Positions 41,167 through 53,514 of a DNA stretch of 64,000 nucleotides are shown here, piece by piece; the stretch's first letter is position 1; each line of letters starts with the position of its first letter. Source of the DNA: Laetmonice hystrix (taxonomy: Eukaryota); NCBI GenBank assembly GCA_965235115.1, contig OZ249436.1, positions 43,340,001 through 43,404,000 on the forward strand, given 5' to 3'. A model generated the notes under the pieces. The model searched no databases. It saw nothing but the letters and a program-made list of their open reading frames with translations, and had not been told where the DNA came from. Position numbers and translations under genes: made by a program.

Positions 41167-41696
41167 AGGGGCATGCTATGAAACACGTTTTGGAGGATTT
41201 CCGGCAATTATCCAACATGATCGTGTACTACGGATCCAAGTAAATAATCCTACCGCAGCATTTTGTCCTCCAACGTGTTTTCGCTGCGTATGCAGCACAA
41301 GTAGATTCTATACGACCAAACCTATAGATTTCTCCCTATAGCATATCTCCCGCCATAATTTGCTATAGACAACCTCCCATTAACCCGTGTAATTGCATAC
41401 TGTGTCACATCCTGTGTGTGCACTCTCTGCATGTGCTTAGTCACGTGCTTCGCTTAGTTGTAAACAATTCAGCAGTTGCACTCGATCGTCCGGCATCAGA
41501 ATGCCACCTAAAAAATATTTTACGAAATCGGCAGAAAAGCGGGCAAGGACGCTTCATAAACTTCGATTTCTCACACAAAATGAAACTGATAAGTCTGTCT
41601 TTGTTTACCAAGCAATATTAATGAAGGATATCTTTATGAAAACAGCAAAAGTTCTTTGAAATACCGATATTTCACGTTTCCTCATAATATGCCCCT
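41167..41696. mobile_element. Kolobok-like MITE with TTAA TSD
   Basis: TTAA|AGGGGCATGCTATGA ... TCATAATATGCCCCT|TTAA. Confidence 0.75.
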
Positions 41697-41973
41697 TTAA
41701 TGGGTTAAAGTGTGTTCTCAAGACGCCAGATCATCGACCGGTATGACTTGGATCCGTCGCCACTAAGACCAGTTTCAGTTTGTGTATACTTATAATTTTT
41801 ATTTACTCTCAAATGCCCCGGTGACTAGTAAAGAGATGCCTATAGCCCGGCATCCCGCGTAATTGTCTCTGGCGCCATCGGCTTCTGGTAGAGTTGACGA
41901 TAGACACCGTACTGCCCCAGCTAGGCTGCTGGTTCCGTATTATGTCACGGCAGTCGGAGGGAGCCAGCACAAA

Positions 41974-41976
41974 GAC

Positions 41977-42059
<83 letters not shown>

Positions 42060-42064
42060 GAGAC

Positions 42065-42119
<55 letters not shown>

Positions 42120-42134
42120 CAGAGAGGGAGAGAG
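41974..42134. repeat. (GA)n microsatellite
   Basis: Direct reading. Confidence 0.96.
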
Positions 42135-42494
42135 TTAGCAACCATTACCCCGTGCGTTCGATCATGTACTGATAACTCATAGTCAGGCATGGATGTCAAA
42201 CGTTATATAGACCGATCTTGGTTTAAAAAAAACCGACTATAGGTGCTTTAGCCGAGCCCATTGTCTTGATATTTCCTATTTTCAATTTTAGTTTTTTTTT
42301 GTTTTAATTTGTTTAAATGGTATTCTTTATTTAATCATGACCGAATATTATAGTTCACAACACCAAGAAATGTACTCAGACTGCAGGAAATGCACATTTT
42401 AGTTGTTTTTTTTTTGCGTCTGGGTTTTCCAGAGGGAGCATAATGGCCCCACTTCGTTGCATAGCTTCACACCTCCGTTGTTGCTGACATTCAG

Positions 42495-42845
42495 TATCAT
42501 ACATATCGTATCGCTTGTCATGTATCGTGATACATATCGTATCGCTTGTCATGTATCATGATACGTATCGTATCGCTTGTCATGTATCATGATACGTATC
42601 GTATCGCTTGTCATGTATCGTGATACATATCGTATCGCTTGTCATGTATCATGTATCGTGATACATATCGTATCGCTTGTCATGTATCGTGATACGTATC
42701 GTATCGCTTGTCATGTATCGTGATATGTATCGTATCTCTTGTCATGTATCGTACTACGTATCCTATCGCTTGTCATGTATCGTGATACATATCGTATCGC
42801 TTGTCATGTATCGTGATAGGGTATCGCTTGTCATGTATCGTGATA
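42495..42845. repeat. ~31-bp minisatellite (GATACGTATCGTATCGCTTGTCATGTATCGT), about 11 copies
   Basis: Direct reading; unit matches 62804-62831 inside a hAT element. Confidence 0.95.
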
Positions 42846-43061
42846 GCTACAGTCATCTCGTTGCACAAATGTAGACCCTTTGTTATTTCACGGGGCCGAG
42901 GTGTGACATTGAATGAAGGAATTGGTGAAGATTGAACCCAAATTTTGCAATCATCATGACACAAATCCAAGGCTGGCTGTAACCTCTCCCTCCGTATTCT
43001 GCCCCCTTCAATAATATATGTCACTTATATAAATCCAAGCCACGAGGCTGCTCTTTAGCGA

Positions 43062-43250
43062 CACTGGCGGATCCAGGGGGTCACATGGGGTCTGGACCCC
43101 CCCCCCCCTAAAATTTCATTTCATGGCGCCTCTCCTGCCGATCATGAATTCGGACCCCACACCCATAGCAAACTCTAAAATACTAGGCGACAGCATTGTA
43201 GGCCCAGTGGCAGATCCAGGGGGCGCAGGGGCGTCCCCCCCCCCCCCTTC
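43062..43250. mobile_element. Two hAT-type MITE ends (CA[C/G]TGGC[G/A]GATCCAGGGGG...CCCCCC)
   Basis: Terminal motifs at 43062 and 43205; partner ends not identified. Confidence 0.5.
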
Positions 43251-43938
43251 TGGCCGTCGCAAGATAAAAACCACCCAAAAATATATTTGCCTCGCGTATT
43301 TCATGCCTCGAGGCAAAGTTGTGTTGCTGTTGGACTTGAGGAGGCAATTTTTTTATTTGTAATTTTGTTGACATTTATGTGATACCACCCATCATGGAAA
43401 TAGATTCACAGCCAAGGAAATCAAAATTTTCCACGGATAACGGCACAAATGGGGCTCTCTCAGAAGGTCTGTGGAGACCCTGACACGCCCCCTAGACTCG
43501 ACCACGGGAGATGGCTCTATCTCGGTGCGCATCGAGATAGGTTTCAAATGCTGGTAGGAATTGTTTCTAGTAGTATGTGCATAATGTATGATAGGAGAAA
43601 TGCCATTCTGAGCGAGACGAATAGCACCTTTAAAATCCGTTTTGTCCTCAAGCAATTTCACCAGAGAGCAGATATCCCAAGGGATAAATGACAATATATC
43701 CCAGGTCAAGTTTTTAAAACGTTGTTACACTGTGAATAAAACATGTTTGTGACACATTTCCTTGGTATGGGCCGCTGAACCAGCATAGACATACGATCCA
43801 AACCTGGGCACGTACACACATTTTGTTTGGGGAATTTTCGGATTCTACAGCAACAAGTTTCCCGGCATCTCCTTTTCTATGGAACCCGTTTGTTCAAGTT
43901 GACAACTGTAACCTCCTCCATCAGGCAAACAATCAGAT

Positions 43939-44040
43939 GACCTGTACACCGCGCCTACCCTGACAATCAAAGTCCTACACCCCCGGAGACGACCTGTACA
44001 CCGCGCCTACCCTGACAATCAAAGTCCTACACCCCCGGCG
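43939..44040. repeat. 51-bp tandem duplication (2 copies)
   Basis: GACCTGTACACCGCGCCTACCCTGACAATCAAAGTCCTACACCCCCGG occurs twice. Confidence 0.9.
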
Positions 44041-45522
44041 ACTCGGGTCAATAGCAAGAGTCGGACTCCCGAAATCTATCTCATCTCTGGTCCCGACTTG
44101 TATGTACATGGTACGCGCACCCATGTATGTTTGCATGCACACTGTATGCACACCCATGTATCTGTGCATGTACACGGTACGCACACCCATGTATCTGTGC
44201 ATTCACACTGTATACATGCACAGCCATGTGTCGCCACTATTTCCCGTGTTATTCTACCCCCTGACAAACCTTCTTTAAACTCATCGACAGAGAATATTTT
44301 AGTTCAATCCTGCAGCAAAGGGACTTTTTAAAACCATGTCAGGACTCCTGTACCCACTTTCACAACAACTAACAACAATTGAATTGAGTAGATCTACTAT
44401 CAGTCCTGAGTAGGCATTAGTGTCACGAGTGTTTTAACAGCCACGCATATAGAGTATACATTACTACATGGGAAGTAAACCCCAATCCACGCAGTCACTG
44501 CGGCAGGCACCACTGACGCCTGTAACACCAGACACAGGAGCGACAGGAGGCAGCAGGAGGAGGAGGAGCAGGAGGCGCGGGAGTATAGAGATCATCACTA
44601 ACAACGTGACCAGAGTGACAGATTCCGATTGGACGCTGGTAGGAACGCTTGCTTCTCCCCACCTGACATATTTACTTATCTCCCTGACGCTTGTAGGTGC
44701 CGAGCGTCCGTGGACAGTTCGCCGGGCGCGTTGGACGCGGCGTCAGTGACGAACGCCAAGGACGGACGCTAGTACCTTAATATCGGGCGTCACGCGGAGA
44801 AACGTCTGCTACCAATTCGCGTCACAGCGTGGTTGGAAGGCAAACTGTTCTGTATCGGCAGGGTGAAAACGTCATACGTTCTCTGTGTGTGGAAGCTGTC
44901 AGACTGAACGGGAACATGAAGACAAGAGGAACTGCTCTGGTAATTTGGGTGAAGGGATTTGTGGCGAAAAGCGGAGAGACGCTGAAGTTGGATCTACTGG
45001 AAGAGTAAGCATGTCTGCTCAAACATCTCGTTAAACATGGCCAACATACACAGTTACTGACAATATGGCCCGTTATACTCAGACAGAAATCATGTAACTG
45101 AAACAGGAATTCTGCTCCCCAGAGATTGTGCACAGCTTGGGACGCCAGGCAATACTTTGGACCGTGTTTGGGGTTCTTCCTCGTGTAGCTGGAACGCGGT
45201 TTGGGATCATGTAGCCGGAATACTTCGTGCCGATTCGGAAAGTTGGAACGGGACTGACCCACACGGTATGGAGAATGATGACGCGCCCCTCAGACGCGCA
45301 ATAATGACTGATGTCAGTATATGACATTGTATTAACAGTTTGACGTCAGCGTTAGGCGGGGCAGACAGTTTGTGTGGGTGGGTGGGTGTTTGGTAAGGTG
45401 GTGGTTTTTTATTTTGCGTTTAAGTTTACAATCAGTTCTAAAAAAATATTTGTTTAGAAGAAATTGGACATCAGCCCCCTATCCAATATCGGTGGCGAAA
45501 GATGCTCCGATGTCAAATATTG

Positions 45523-45690
45523 TGATATCAATATTGTGTTTTCAATGATATCAGTTTTCAATGATATCAACTTTCAATGATATCAGCTTTCAATGATATC
45601 AGCTTTCAATGAATCAGTTTTCAATGATATCAGTTTTCAATTATATCAGTTTTCAATGATATCAGCTTTCAATGATATCAGTTTTCAATG
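45523..45690. repeat. 16-bp minisatellite (GATATCAGTTTTCAAT)
   Basis: Direct reading. Confidence 0.9.
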
Positions 45691-46124
45691 TACCACGAAG
45701 GAGATTTTCTTCATTTCAAGGACAATGATTAGACTCGCATTGTTCTATATATCAATCTTCGATTGGTTCTGGTTTATGCCGAGTGGATACGACAGTTCTG
45801 CAGTGAAAAAGTAACGTTTGTGTTTGGTCTGCTCTTCCTCCGTTCGTTGAAATCTCTACACGACATTTTACCACACTCCGCAAACGCAGTTTTGATTCCG
45901 AAGATGACGTCATCAAGGGACGTGAATATATATTCATACGTCATGCTGACTCATTCCTAGAGACTTATCAGAGATGCAAGAATTCAAGATTATTTTTTCG
46001 GTAAATACATTATATGGTGGATTGAACGTATATCAACGTTTATATATTCTCTGGTTGTGTTCTGTTTGATAGAAACGTTTCACTGTTCTGAACTACACGC
46101 CCAAGAACCGGATAGTGCTTCAAA

Positions 46125-47579
46125 ATGACGGAGGAGAGGCTGAGTGTGGAGGTTGCCATGGATACTATACCCTTTTGTGTGGACACCCTCTGCATCCCCA
46201 CAGCTGGAAGCCTACGTACAAATGAGGACGTCTCCTATAACTTTACGTTACCAACAATCGCCAGTTTCCGCAACATACCGGAGGGAAACTTCACAATGCT
46301 GGAAGAAACCTCCGCCTTAGCCACAGTCAACACGTTTCTACAACGTTACGTTACGCCCGTCATCATCTTCACGGGCGTTCTGGGTAACCTGGCGTCCCTG
46401 GCGGTGTTCCAGACGTCACGGTTACGACGCCAAACGTCATCACTTCATCTATCGGCGCTTGCTCTCTCCGACACTGGCTTTCTGCTGACATTGTTGATTA
46501 GCTGGCTTGCTTGGTTTCAAGTGCCTTTGGTTCACAAACAACCTTGGTGTGTCCTTGTCGTGTACCTGACGTACGTGTGTAGCTTCCTGTCTGTGTGGAT
46601 CGTTGTTACGTTTACGGTCGAACGATTCATCGTCGCCTGTTTCCCCTTACAGCGGAAGCGCATGGTGCGCACGCGCCGCGCGTCGGCCGTGCTCGGAACG
46701 CTGACCCTCGGAGCCCTTCTCGCCTACTCATTCGCCACATGGATGACCGGTGTCGTTCCTATTGGCGACCGCGAAATGTGTGTTTTCTACCCTCAATACC
46801 AGAGGGCGCTGAGCATAATCGCCCATGTGGACATGGCTGTTACGTTCGTCATACCAATGTTGACCATCATAACGCTGAATTCAGCCATAGCCGTGGCCAT
46901 CTATAAAGCTCAGAGAAGTGTGAATCGAAACATGGGTGGGAATCAGTCCAAAGGATACCGCACAAAGCTCATGTCCGGGGAAGCCTCCCCTACTCCGTTA
47001 AGCCAGGGGGAACCCCCCACTGAGCCATTGACCTCCACCGCCTCCCGAAAGGGCTTAGGGAGGCGGTCCACCAGCCGTTCACGCCACCTGGTGGTCAGCC
47101 TTCGCACAAGTGCCCATTGCGGCGGCGGTCACAAGGACAGGATGAGCCTCCAGCGTCGCCATATGCGTTCCACCCGGATGCTCCTGGTCGTCTCCACCGT
47201 CTTCGTCCTGCTCAACCTACCTGCGCATGCGCTCAAGTTCCGGACCGCCGTCCTTAGCATCACGCAACCATCCTGGCGGCCGAGCGTCTCCGAGGGACTC
47301 TGGCAACACGGCGCAGAGCTTTTGTATTACGTCAATTTTGCCATCAACTTCTTTCTTTACTCTCTATGTGGACAAAACTTCAGACGCTGCCTGACTGCGT
47401 CCTGCGTGAAAGTGAAAACAAGGGCGGTAAACCTGCTGGGGAGAAGCTCCCAAGAAGAGCTGCATGCCGGACGCTGTGTAGACGCCACCGTGGGGCCGGC
47501 GCTGCAGTCATTCAGAGGCAAACGTTCAATGCGCAGTGGAGTGGACGCTACAACCGACTGGTCGTCTAATTCCCAGTGA
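46125..47579 (+). CDS. Class A (rhodopsin-like) GPCR, neuropeptide-receptor type (FMRFamide/sex-peptide/TRH-receptor-like group), single coding exon, 484 aa
   Basis: Seven hydrophobic segments; TM1 GVLGN, TM2 LALSD, TM3 FTVERF, TM6 FVLLNLP, TM7 NFAINFFLY; N-terminal NFT sequons; splice acceptor TTTGATAG ending at 46072 suggests an upstream UTR exon. Confidence 0.95.
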   Translation: MTEERLSVEVAMDTIPFCVDTLCIPTAGSLRTNEDVSYNFTLPTIASFRNIPEGNFTMLEETSALATVNTFLQRYVTPVIIFTGVLGNLASLAVFQTSRLRRQTSSLHLSALALSDTGFLLTLLISWLAWFQVPLVHKQPWCVLVVYLTYVCSFLSVWIVVTFTVERFIVACFPLQRKRMVRTRRASAVLGTLTLGALLAYSFATWMTGVVPIGDREMCVFYPQYQRALSIIAHVDMAVTFVIPMLTIITLNSAIAVAIYKAQRSVNRNMGGNQSKGYRTKLMSGEASPTPLSQGEPPTEPLTSTASRKGLGRRSTSRSRHLVVSLRTSAHCGGGHKDRMSLQRRHMRSTRMLLVVSTVFVLLNLPAHALKFRTAVLSITQPSWRPSVSEGLWQHGAELLYYVNFAINFFLYSLCGQNFRRCLTASCVKVKTRAVNLLGRSSQEELHAGRCVDATVGPALQSFRGKRSMRSGVDATTDWSSNSQ

Positions 47580-47625
47580 TGGCCGATTGTAAGCGGCATT
47601 CACGGCGCGTTCTGGCGTTTGTCGC

Positions 47626-47696
47626 GTCACGGGCGTTACGTAATGACGTCACGGGCGGTACGTAATGACGTCACGGGCGGTACGTAATGACGTCAT
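47626..47696. promoter_or_regulatory. 22-bp tandem repeat carrying three perfect TGACGTCA (CRE) palindromes just 3' of the GPCR stop
   Basis: GTAATGACGTCACGGGCGGTAC repeated about 3 times; function untested. Confidence 0.4.
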
Positions 47697-48173
47697 GCTG
47701 GAGGCTATTCATCAGAGCGGGACAGCTGCGCATGCGCCGCTGGCTGCAGTTCGTAATGATATGATTGGCTGGAGACCTGCCCTCTGCTGCTGCCCTCTAC
47801 GGCCAACAAACTGCCACCAGAGGGCGCAGGTCTCCAGCCAAAAGTTACGTCAGCCAGTATGGGTGTCGAATAGTCCTAAGGTTGCTGCTTGGAGGAAAAA
47901 ACAAAAATATGACCCCATTTGATGATCTGTGTATCTTTTATGTGCTATAACTTTCTTATAAGTGCTAAAGAAGGCATTGCATGATTGAATATAACTGTGT
48001 CGACTGAACAGGACGGCCTCCCAATGGAAACATAAATTTATTTCAAAGTGATCGAGTCAGTCCATTTATAGGCCTATCTAACATTAAATGCCGAACAGTA
48101 GCAATGTAGGCCTAAAGGTGCCTTGTTTTTCAAACTGCATGCTGTTGATCGGTGGATTGGAGAATAACCTTAA

Positions 48174-48687
48174 AGCAATCAGCGAATATCTCTCATGTCA
48201 ATTACCCTAAAATGCAGACATTCGCTATTAGGTTACATAAGGCCTTAGACTACATAAATCAAAAAATGTATAACCATAGTAATGGAGAAATCTAATGAAA
48301 TTCAACATTCCAGCTGCTTGTTGTTGCTAGTATGAAGCGAGCTCCTTGTGCTAAATCGTTGGTCTGGCATTGACTTGAACAGCCAATGAAATTCATTGGG
48401 CCATGACCCACTTTGCGTATTGCCAAACCAAGGCTCATGAAAAACATGAAATGATTGGCAGATTGCAAATATGCTGCCGAAGATAACCGATTCTACCAAG
48501 AAAAAGAGATGTAAACAAAGTATGGATTGGTGAGACTTGAGCGACGATCTAGTTAGTTGAATAAGTTGGCCTAATATGGCAATTTCTGACTCAGCAAAGT
48601 GTTGGTATATCCTACACAAGTGATTCCGAGGATCCTGATAGCTTTCTCAAAATTGATTTTGTTACCTTGAGATATTCTGTGATTGCT
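48174..48687. mobile_element. Kolobok-like MITE with TTAA TSD (same family as 18571 and 27204)
   Basis: TTAA|AGCAATCAGCGAATATCTC ... GAGATATTCTGTGATTGCT|TTAA. Confidence 0.8.
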
Positions 48688-49364
48688 TTAAGGTCTCCGC
48701 ACAGAGAACGTAAACCAGAACAATATCCATTCTTCTACAAAACTAGGACCCTCAGCTCGTGTTTGTATCAAATTCTGCCGACTATTTTTGTCATTGATAT
48801 TTTCAGTATGTTGCAACAATCTGAGATTGCAATCCGTTTCCAACCCGTCCTAATAATAACCTGTTACTGGAACATCATCGCTCTCATCTACGGGTCTTCT
48901 ACGGGGGCTTCTAATTCGCCGTCCGTCCGTACCACGTCCGCCCATAGACAGCGATTTCTCAGAAGTGTATGGGTCAAATTTTGAAACGTTACACGATAAT
49001 CAGGGACGGTCGGAGGATGATGCACGTGAAACAGATTTCTGATATCATTCAAAATGACCGCTTGGTATAGCCATCTTAGATGTAAGCACATTTCGGGCAA
49101 TAACTCGAACAAAACAATCTCAATTTCTTTCAAAATTGGTGCAAGGAAGGAGCCTATGAGTCAATTTAGAGCAAATGTTGCGACATGACGGCCATATTTG
49201 TTTTTGATCCCCCCCATAACAATGTTGGGCTCATATCTCGAAAACAGTGCAAGATAACGAAATATAGTTATTGCTATTGACAGACAGGAAGTCAAAACAG
49301 TTGAAGATTACGACATAATTTTGCATGAAACATCATAATACACATGTAATGATCAGGGGCAGTC

Positions 49365-49581
49365 TAAAGTGCTGAACCCACCAAGGCGATTCCCCTTGCG
49401 ATGGCCATGCGGTTTTTGATTTAATGGTGGAATTTCACTCCGAAATTTTTCCTGGCTGGCCTTCTCCGTTTCAGGAAATGGGTTCCATCCTTTAATCTCA
49501 AAATTACAGTAAAATAAAAGGGTGATGTCAAAATCGCATGGGCGTCGCAAGGGGAATCGCCTTGGTGGATTCAGCACTTTA
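49365..49581. mobile_element. Harbinger-like hairpin MITE
   Basis: TAAAGTGCTGAACCCACCAAGGCGATTCCCCTTGCGA pairs with TCGCAAGGGGAATCGCCTTGGTGGATTCAGCACTTTA. Confidence 0.8.
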
Positions 49582-50281
49582 AAAGATGGCACAAGATGGC
49601 AACATATTTTTGATATCAGTCAAAATGGCTTTCTTTCAAACTTGGTGACAATAGAAAGCCATTTTATTTTGTGTTCAGATTAAATATAAGGGAACAGGAT
49701 AACCATATACTTTCTATAAACTATGGTTTGGAAGTCATATGAGTGACCTTGTTAGTCAATTCAAGGTCAGGGACATTTTGGAGAATTCATGTCTCGTCAA
49801 CACAAGATAATCACTGAATACAAATGATGGATGAATAAATATGAAGTTTCTTTGGGACTCTATCACAGATCTTCTCACATGGACTGTATCTCAAAAATAC
49901 AAAGTACGAATAGTTCCTTGGCCTACAGATATTTAGCCCCTACCCAGTTGGGGGTTGTGCTCCGACGGGGTCTTGTCAAACTTTAGTCTCTCTTTAGTGG
50001 ATATTGCACGATGGTTTTATATCCAGGTTTTATGCCGTGATAATCTGCCAGAGTTGTAGTCGCGACCATACTGCGTAATACGCTCAAGACCTCGTGTCAT
50101 CATGCCATATTTACCAACGTTCACCGATCTAACACGAAACAAAGTTGTAAAATTTGGCAGACCCGGTAGCTAAGATTATGTTACTTCATGGCATAATGTA
50201 ACGTTTATCGGCGCCAATAGGTGCTAAATAAAAATATTCCGACTTTAATTCCGTTATTAATATTTTACTAGCTGAACCAGC

Positions 50282-51272
50282 TGTATGGCAGAGGTATATC
50301 ATTATGAGCATTATGTTGTGTATGGCAGAGGTATATCATTATGAGCATTATGTTGTGTGTATGGCAGAGGTATATCATTATGAGCATTATGTTGTGTGTA
50401 TGGCAGAGGTATATCATTATGAGCATTATGTTGTGTGTATGGCAGAGGTATATCATTATGAGCATTATGTTGTGTGTATGGCAGAGGTATATCATTATGA
50501 GCATTATGTTGTGTGTATGGCAGAGGTATATCATTATGAGCATTATGTTGTGTGTATGGCAGAGGTATATCATTATGAGCATTATGTTGTGTGTATGGCA
50601 GAGGTATATCATTATGAGCATTATGTTGTGTGTATGGCAGAGGTATATCATTATGAGCATTATGTTGTGTGTATGGCAGAGGTATATCATTATGAGCATT
50701 ATGTTGTGTGTATGGCAGAGGTATATCATTATGAGCATTATGTTGTGTATGGCAGAGGTATATCATTATGAGCATTATGTTGTGTGTATGGCAGAGGTAT
50801 ATCATTATGAGCATTATGTTGTGTGTATGGCAGAGGTATATCATTATGAGCATTATGTTGTGTGTATGGCAGAGGTATATCATTATGAGCATTATGTTGT
50901 GTGTATGGCAGAGGTATATCATTATGAACATTATGTTGTGTGTATGGCAGAGGTATATCATTATGAGCATTATGTTGTGTATGGCAGAGGTATATCATTA
51001 TGAGCATTATGTTGTGTATGGCAGAGGTATATCATTATGAGCATTATGTTGTGTATGGCAGAGGTATATCATTATGAGCATTATGTTGTGTATGGCAGAG
51101 GTATATCATTATGAGCATTATGTTGTGTCTGGCAGAGGTATATCATTATGAACATTATGTTGTGTATGGCAGAGGTATATCATTATGAGCATTATGTTGT
51201 GTGAATGGCAGAGGTATATCATTATGAACATTATGTTGTGTGAATGGCAGAGGTATATCATTATGAACATTA
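50282..51272. repeat. 39/37-bp minisatellite (GTATGGCAGAGGTATATCATTATGAGCATTATGTTGTGT), about 26 copies
   Basis: Direct reading. Confidence 0.98.
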
Positions 51273-51340
51273 TTCTGTACGGAGCCCTGTTGGCGACATG
51301 AAGAAAAAAAATCGTTTCAGAGAAAAACAAATTTGGTGAT

Positions 51341-51477
51341 CTCGAAATTACCACTTAGTGACGTCATTAACTCGTTATTAGGACTTAATAACGTCACTAA
51401 GTGGTAGTAATAAGGACTTAGTGACGTCATTAACTCGTTATTACCACTTAATGACGTCACTAAGTGGTAATTTCGAG
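51341..51477. repeat. Palindromic repeat with TGACGTCA subunits, probably a MITE interior
   Basis: CTCGAAATTACCACTTAGTGACGTCATTAA pairs with TTAATGACGTCACTAAGTGGTAATTTCGAG. Confidence 0.8.
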
Positions 51478-51677
51478 GGGATCTTCGTTGGTAAGACATG
51501 CCCCACATGTCGATCCTCCGGTCGTCTGCATTAAAAGCTAATGAAGCCGGCCAGTGCATTACCGCCTCGTGGAAACCTTTGACACTACTGGTGTGATCTG
51601 CGGCCGCAAGGTGGCAGTGCGACAAGTGAACCCAGCAGGACTTGTGGCTGTAGACTCCGGGCGTTCGATATGCTCGG

Positions 51678-51933
51678 CAGGGGCGGATCGGGGCGGGGGG
51701 GGGGGTCGACCATTTTCCGGAAACCAGTCGAAGATTTAGCTCCCCTCCTCAAAACAAAAAGAATGTATTGACGCAATTATTGAATAAAATGTACATTTTC
51801 TACTAATTCTAGGCTTTATTTTCAGTCATTTTCTTGCATAAAATTTTCAATTTCATCTGAGGAACATATGCCTGGGCCTCCTAGCACGACCAGACTGGAA
51901 ACCAGTGAAGAATCAGCTATAGATCCGCCCCTG
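51678..51933. mobile_element. hAT-type MITE, possible 5-bp TSD (CTCGG/CACGG)
   Basis: CAGGGGCGGATC ... GATCCGCCCCTG. Confidence 0.75.
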
Positions 51934-52107
51934 CACGGATATGTGCTACAGAAAAACTCGTATATAAGTCGGACGCGCATAAGTAACATTTTAATATTCA
52001 TTTCGTATCAGCAGCAACAGAACATTCACCAATCTCACATTAAAAGTGAGACAGGGTCAACGTCTTGACCAGCTCGAATATTACACCCAGAAAATGATGA
52101 AAATGAG

Positions 52108-53340
52108 ATCCCTGTGGTGTGTCAAACAAGTGTCAATGGATGAATAACTGACAGCGTAATCACACTGTTACACGATGATGTGACCTGTAGATTGACAGAT
52201 CCCTGCGGTGTGTCAAACAAGTGTCAATGGATGAATAACGGGCAGCGTAATCACACTGTTACACGATGATGTGACCTGTAGATTGACAGATCCCTGCAAT
52301 GTGTCAAACAAGTGTCAATGGATGAATAACTGACAGCGTAATCACACTGTTACACGATGATGTGACCTGTAGATTGACAGATCCCTGCAATGTGTCAAAC
52401 AAGTGTCAATGGATGAATAACTGACAGCTTAATCACACTGTTACACGATGATGTGACTTGTAGATTGACAGATCCCTGCGGTGTGTCAAACAAGTGTCAA
52501 TGGATGAATAACTGACAGCGTAATCACACTGTTACACGATGATGTGACCTGTAGATTGACAGATCCCTGCGGTGTGTCAAACAAGTGTCAATGGATGAAT
52601 AACTGACAGCTTAACCACACTGTTACACGATGATGTGACCTGTAGATTGACAGATCCCTGCAGTGTGTCAAACAAGTGTCAATGGATGAATAACTGACAG
52701 CGTAATCACACTGTTACACGATGATGTGACCTGTAGATTGACAGATCCCTGCGGTGTGTCAAACAAGTGTCAATGGATGAATAACTGACAGCGTAATCAC
52801 ACTGTTACACGATGATGTGACCTGTAGATTGACAGATCCCTGTGATGTGTCAAACAAGTGTCAATGGATGAATAACTGACAGCGTAATCACACTGTTACA
52901 CGATGATGTGACCTGTAGATTGACAGATCCCTGCAATGTGTCAAACAAGTGTCAATGGATGAATAACTGACAGCGTAATCACACTGTTACACGATGATGT
53001 GACCTGTAGATTGACAGATCCCTGCAGTGTGTCAAACAAGTGTCAATGGATGAATAACTGACAGCGTAATCACACTGTTACACAATGATGTGACCTGTAG
53101 ATTGACAGATCCCTGCAGTGTGTCAAACAAGTGTCAATGGATGAATAACTGACAGCTTAACCACACTGTTACACGATGATGTGACCTGTAGATTGACAGA
53201 TCCCTGCAGTGTGTCAAACAAGTGTCAATGGATGAATAACTGACAGCGTAATCACACTGTTACACGATGATGTGACCTGTAGATTGACAGATCCCTGCGG
53301 TGTGTCAAACAAGTGTCAATGGATGAATAACTGGCAGCGT
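52108..53340. repeat. 91-bp minisatellite, about 13.5 copies, just downstream of the FAM169-like stop codon
   Basis: GATCCCTG recurs every 91 bp (e.g. 52198, 52289). Confidence 0.98.
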
Positions 53341-53514
53341 GATGTTCCACACTGTTCCACGATAATTTGACTTGAAGATTGACGTACATTTTCTGGGTTC
53401 ATTACGGTCAGAACCCTTAATTAGCTGCTCACATAATAACATACCATGCTACCATTCATGTCATGGGCAAATGGCGCAGCATTGTTTCCACAACAGTGTC
53501 CTCCCTATTAGATC

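Noticed and set aside
44822..45327. Short ORFs upstream of the GPCR
   Set aside because: No recognisable domains; more likely GPCR promoter or 5' UTR sequence
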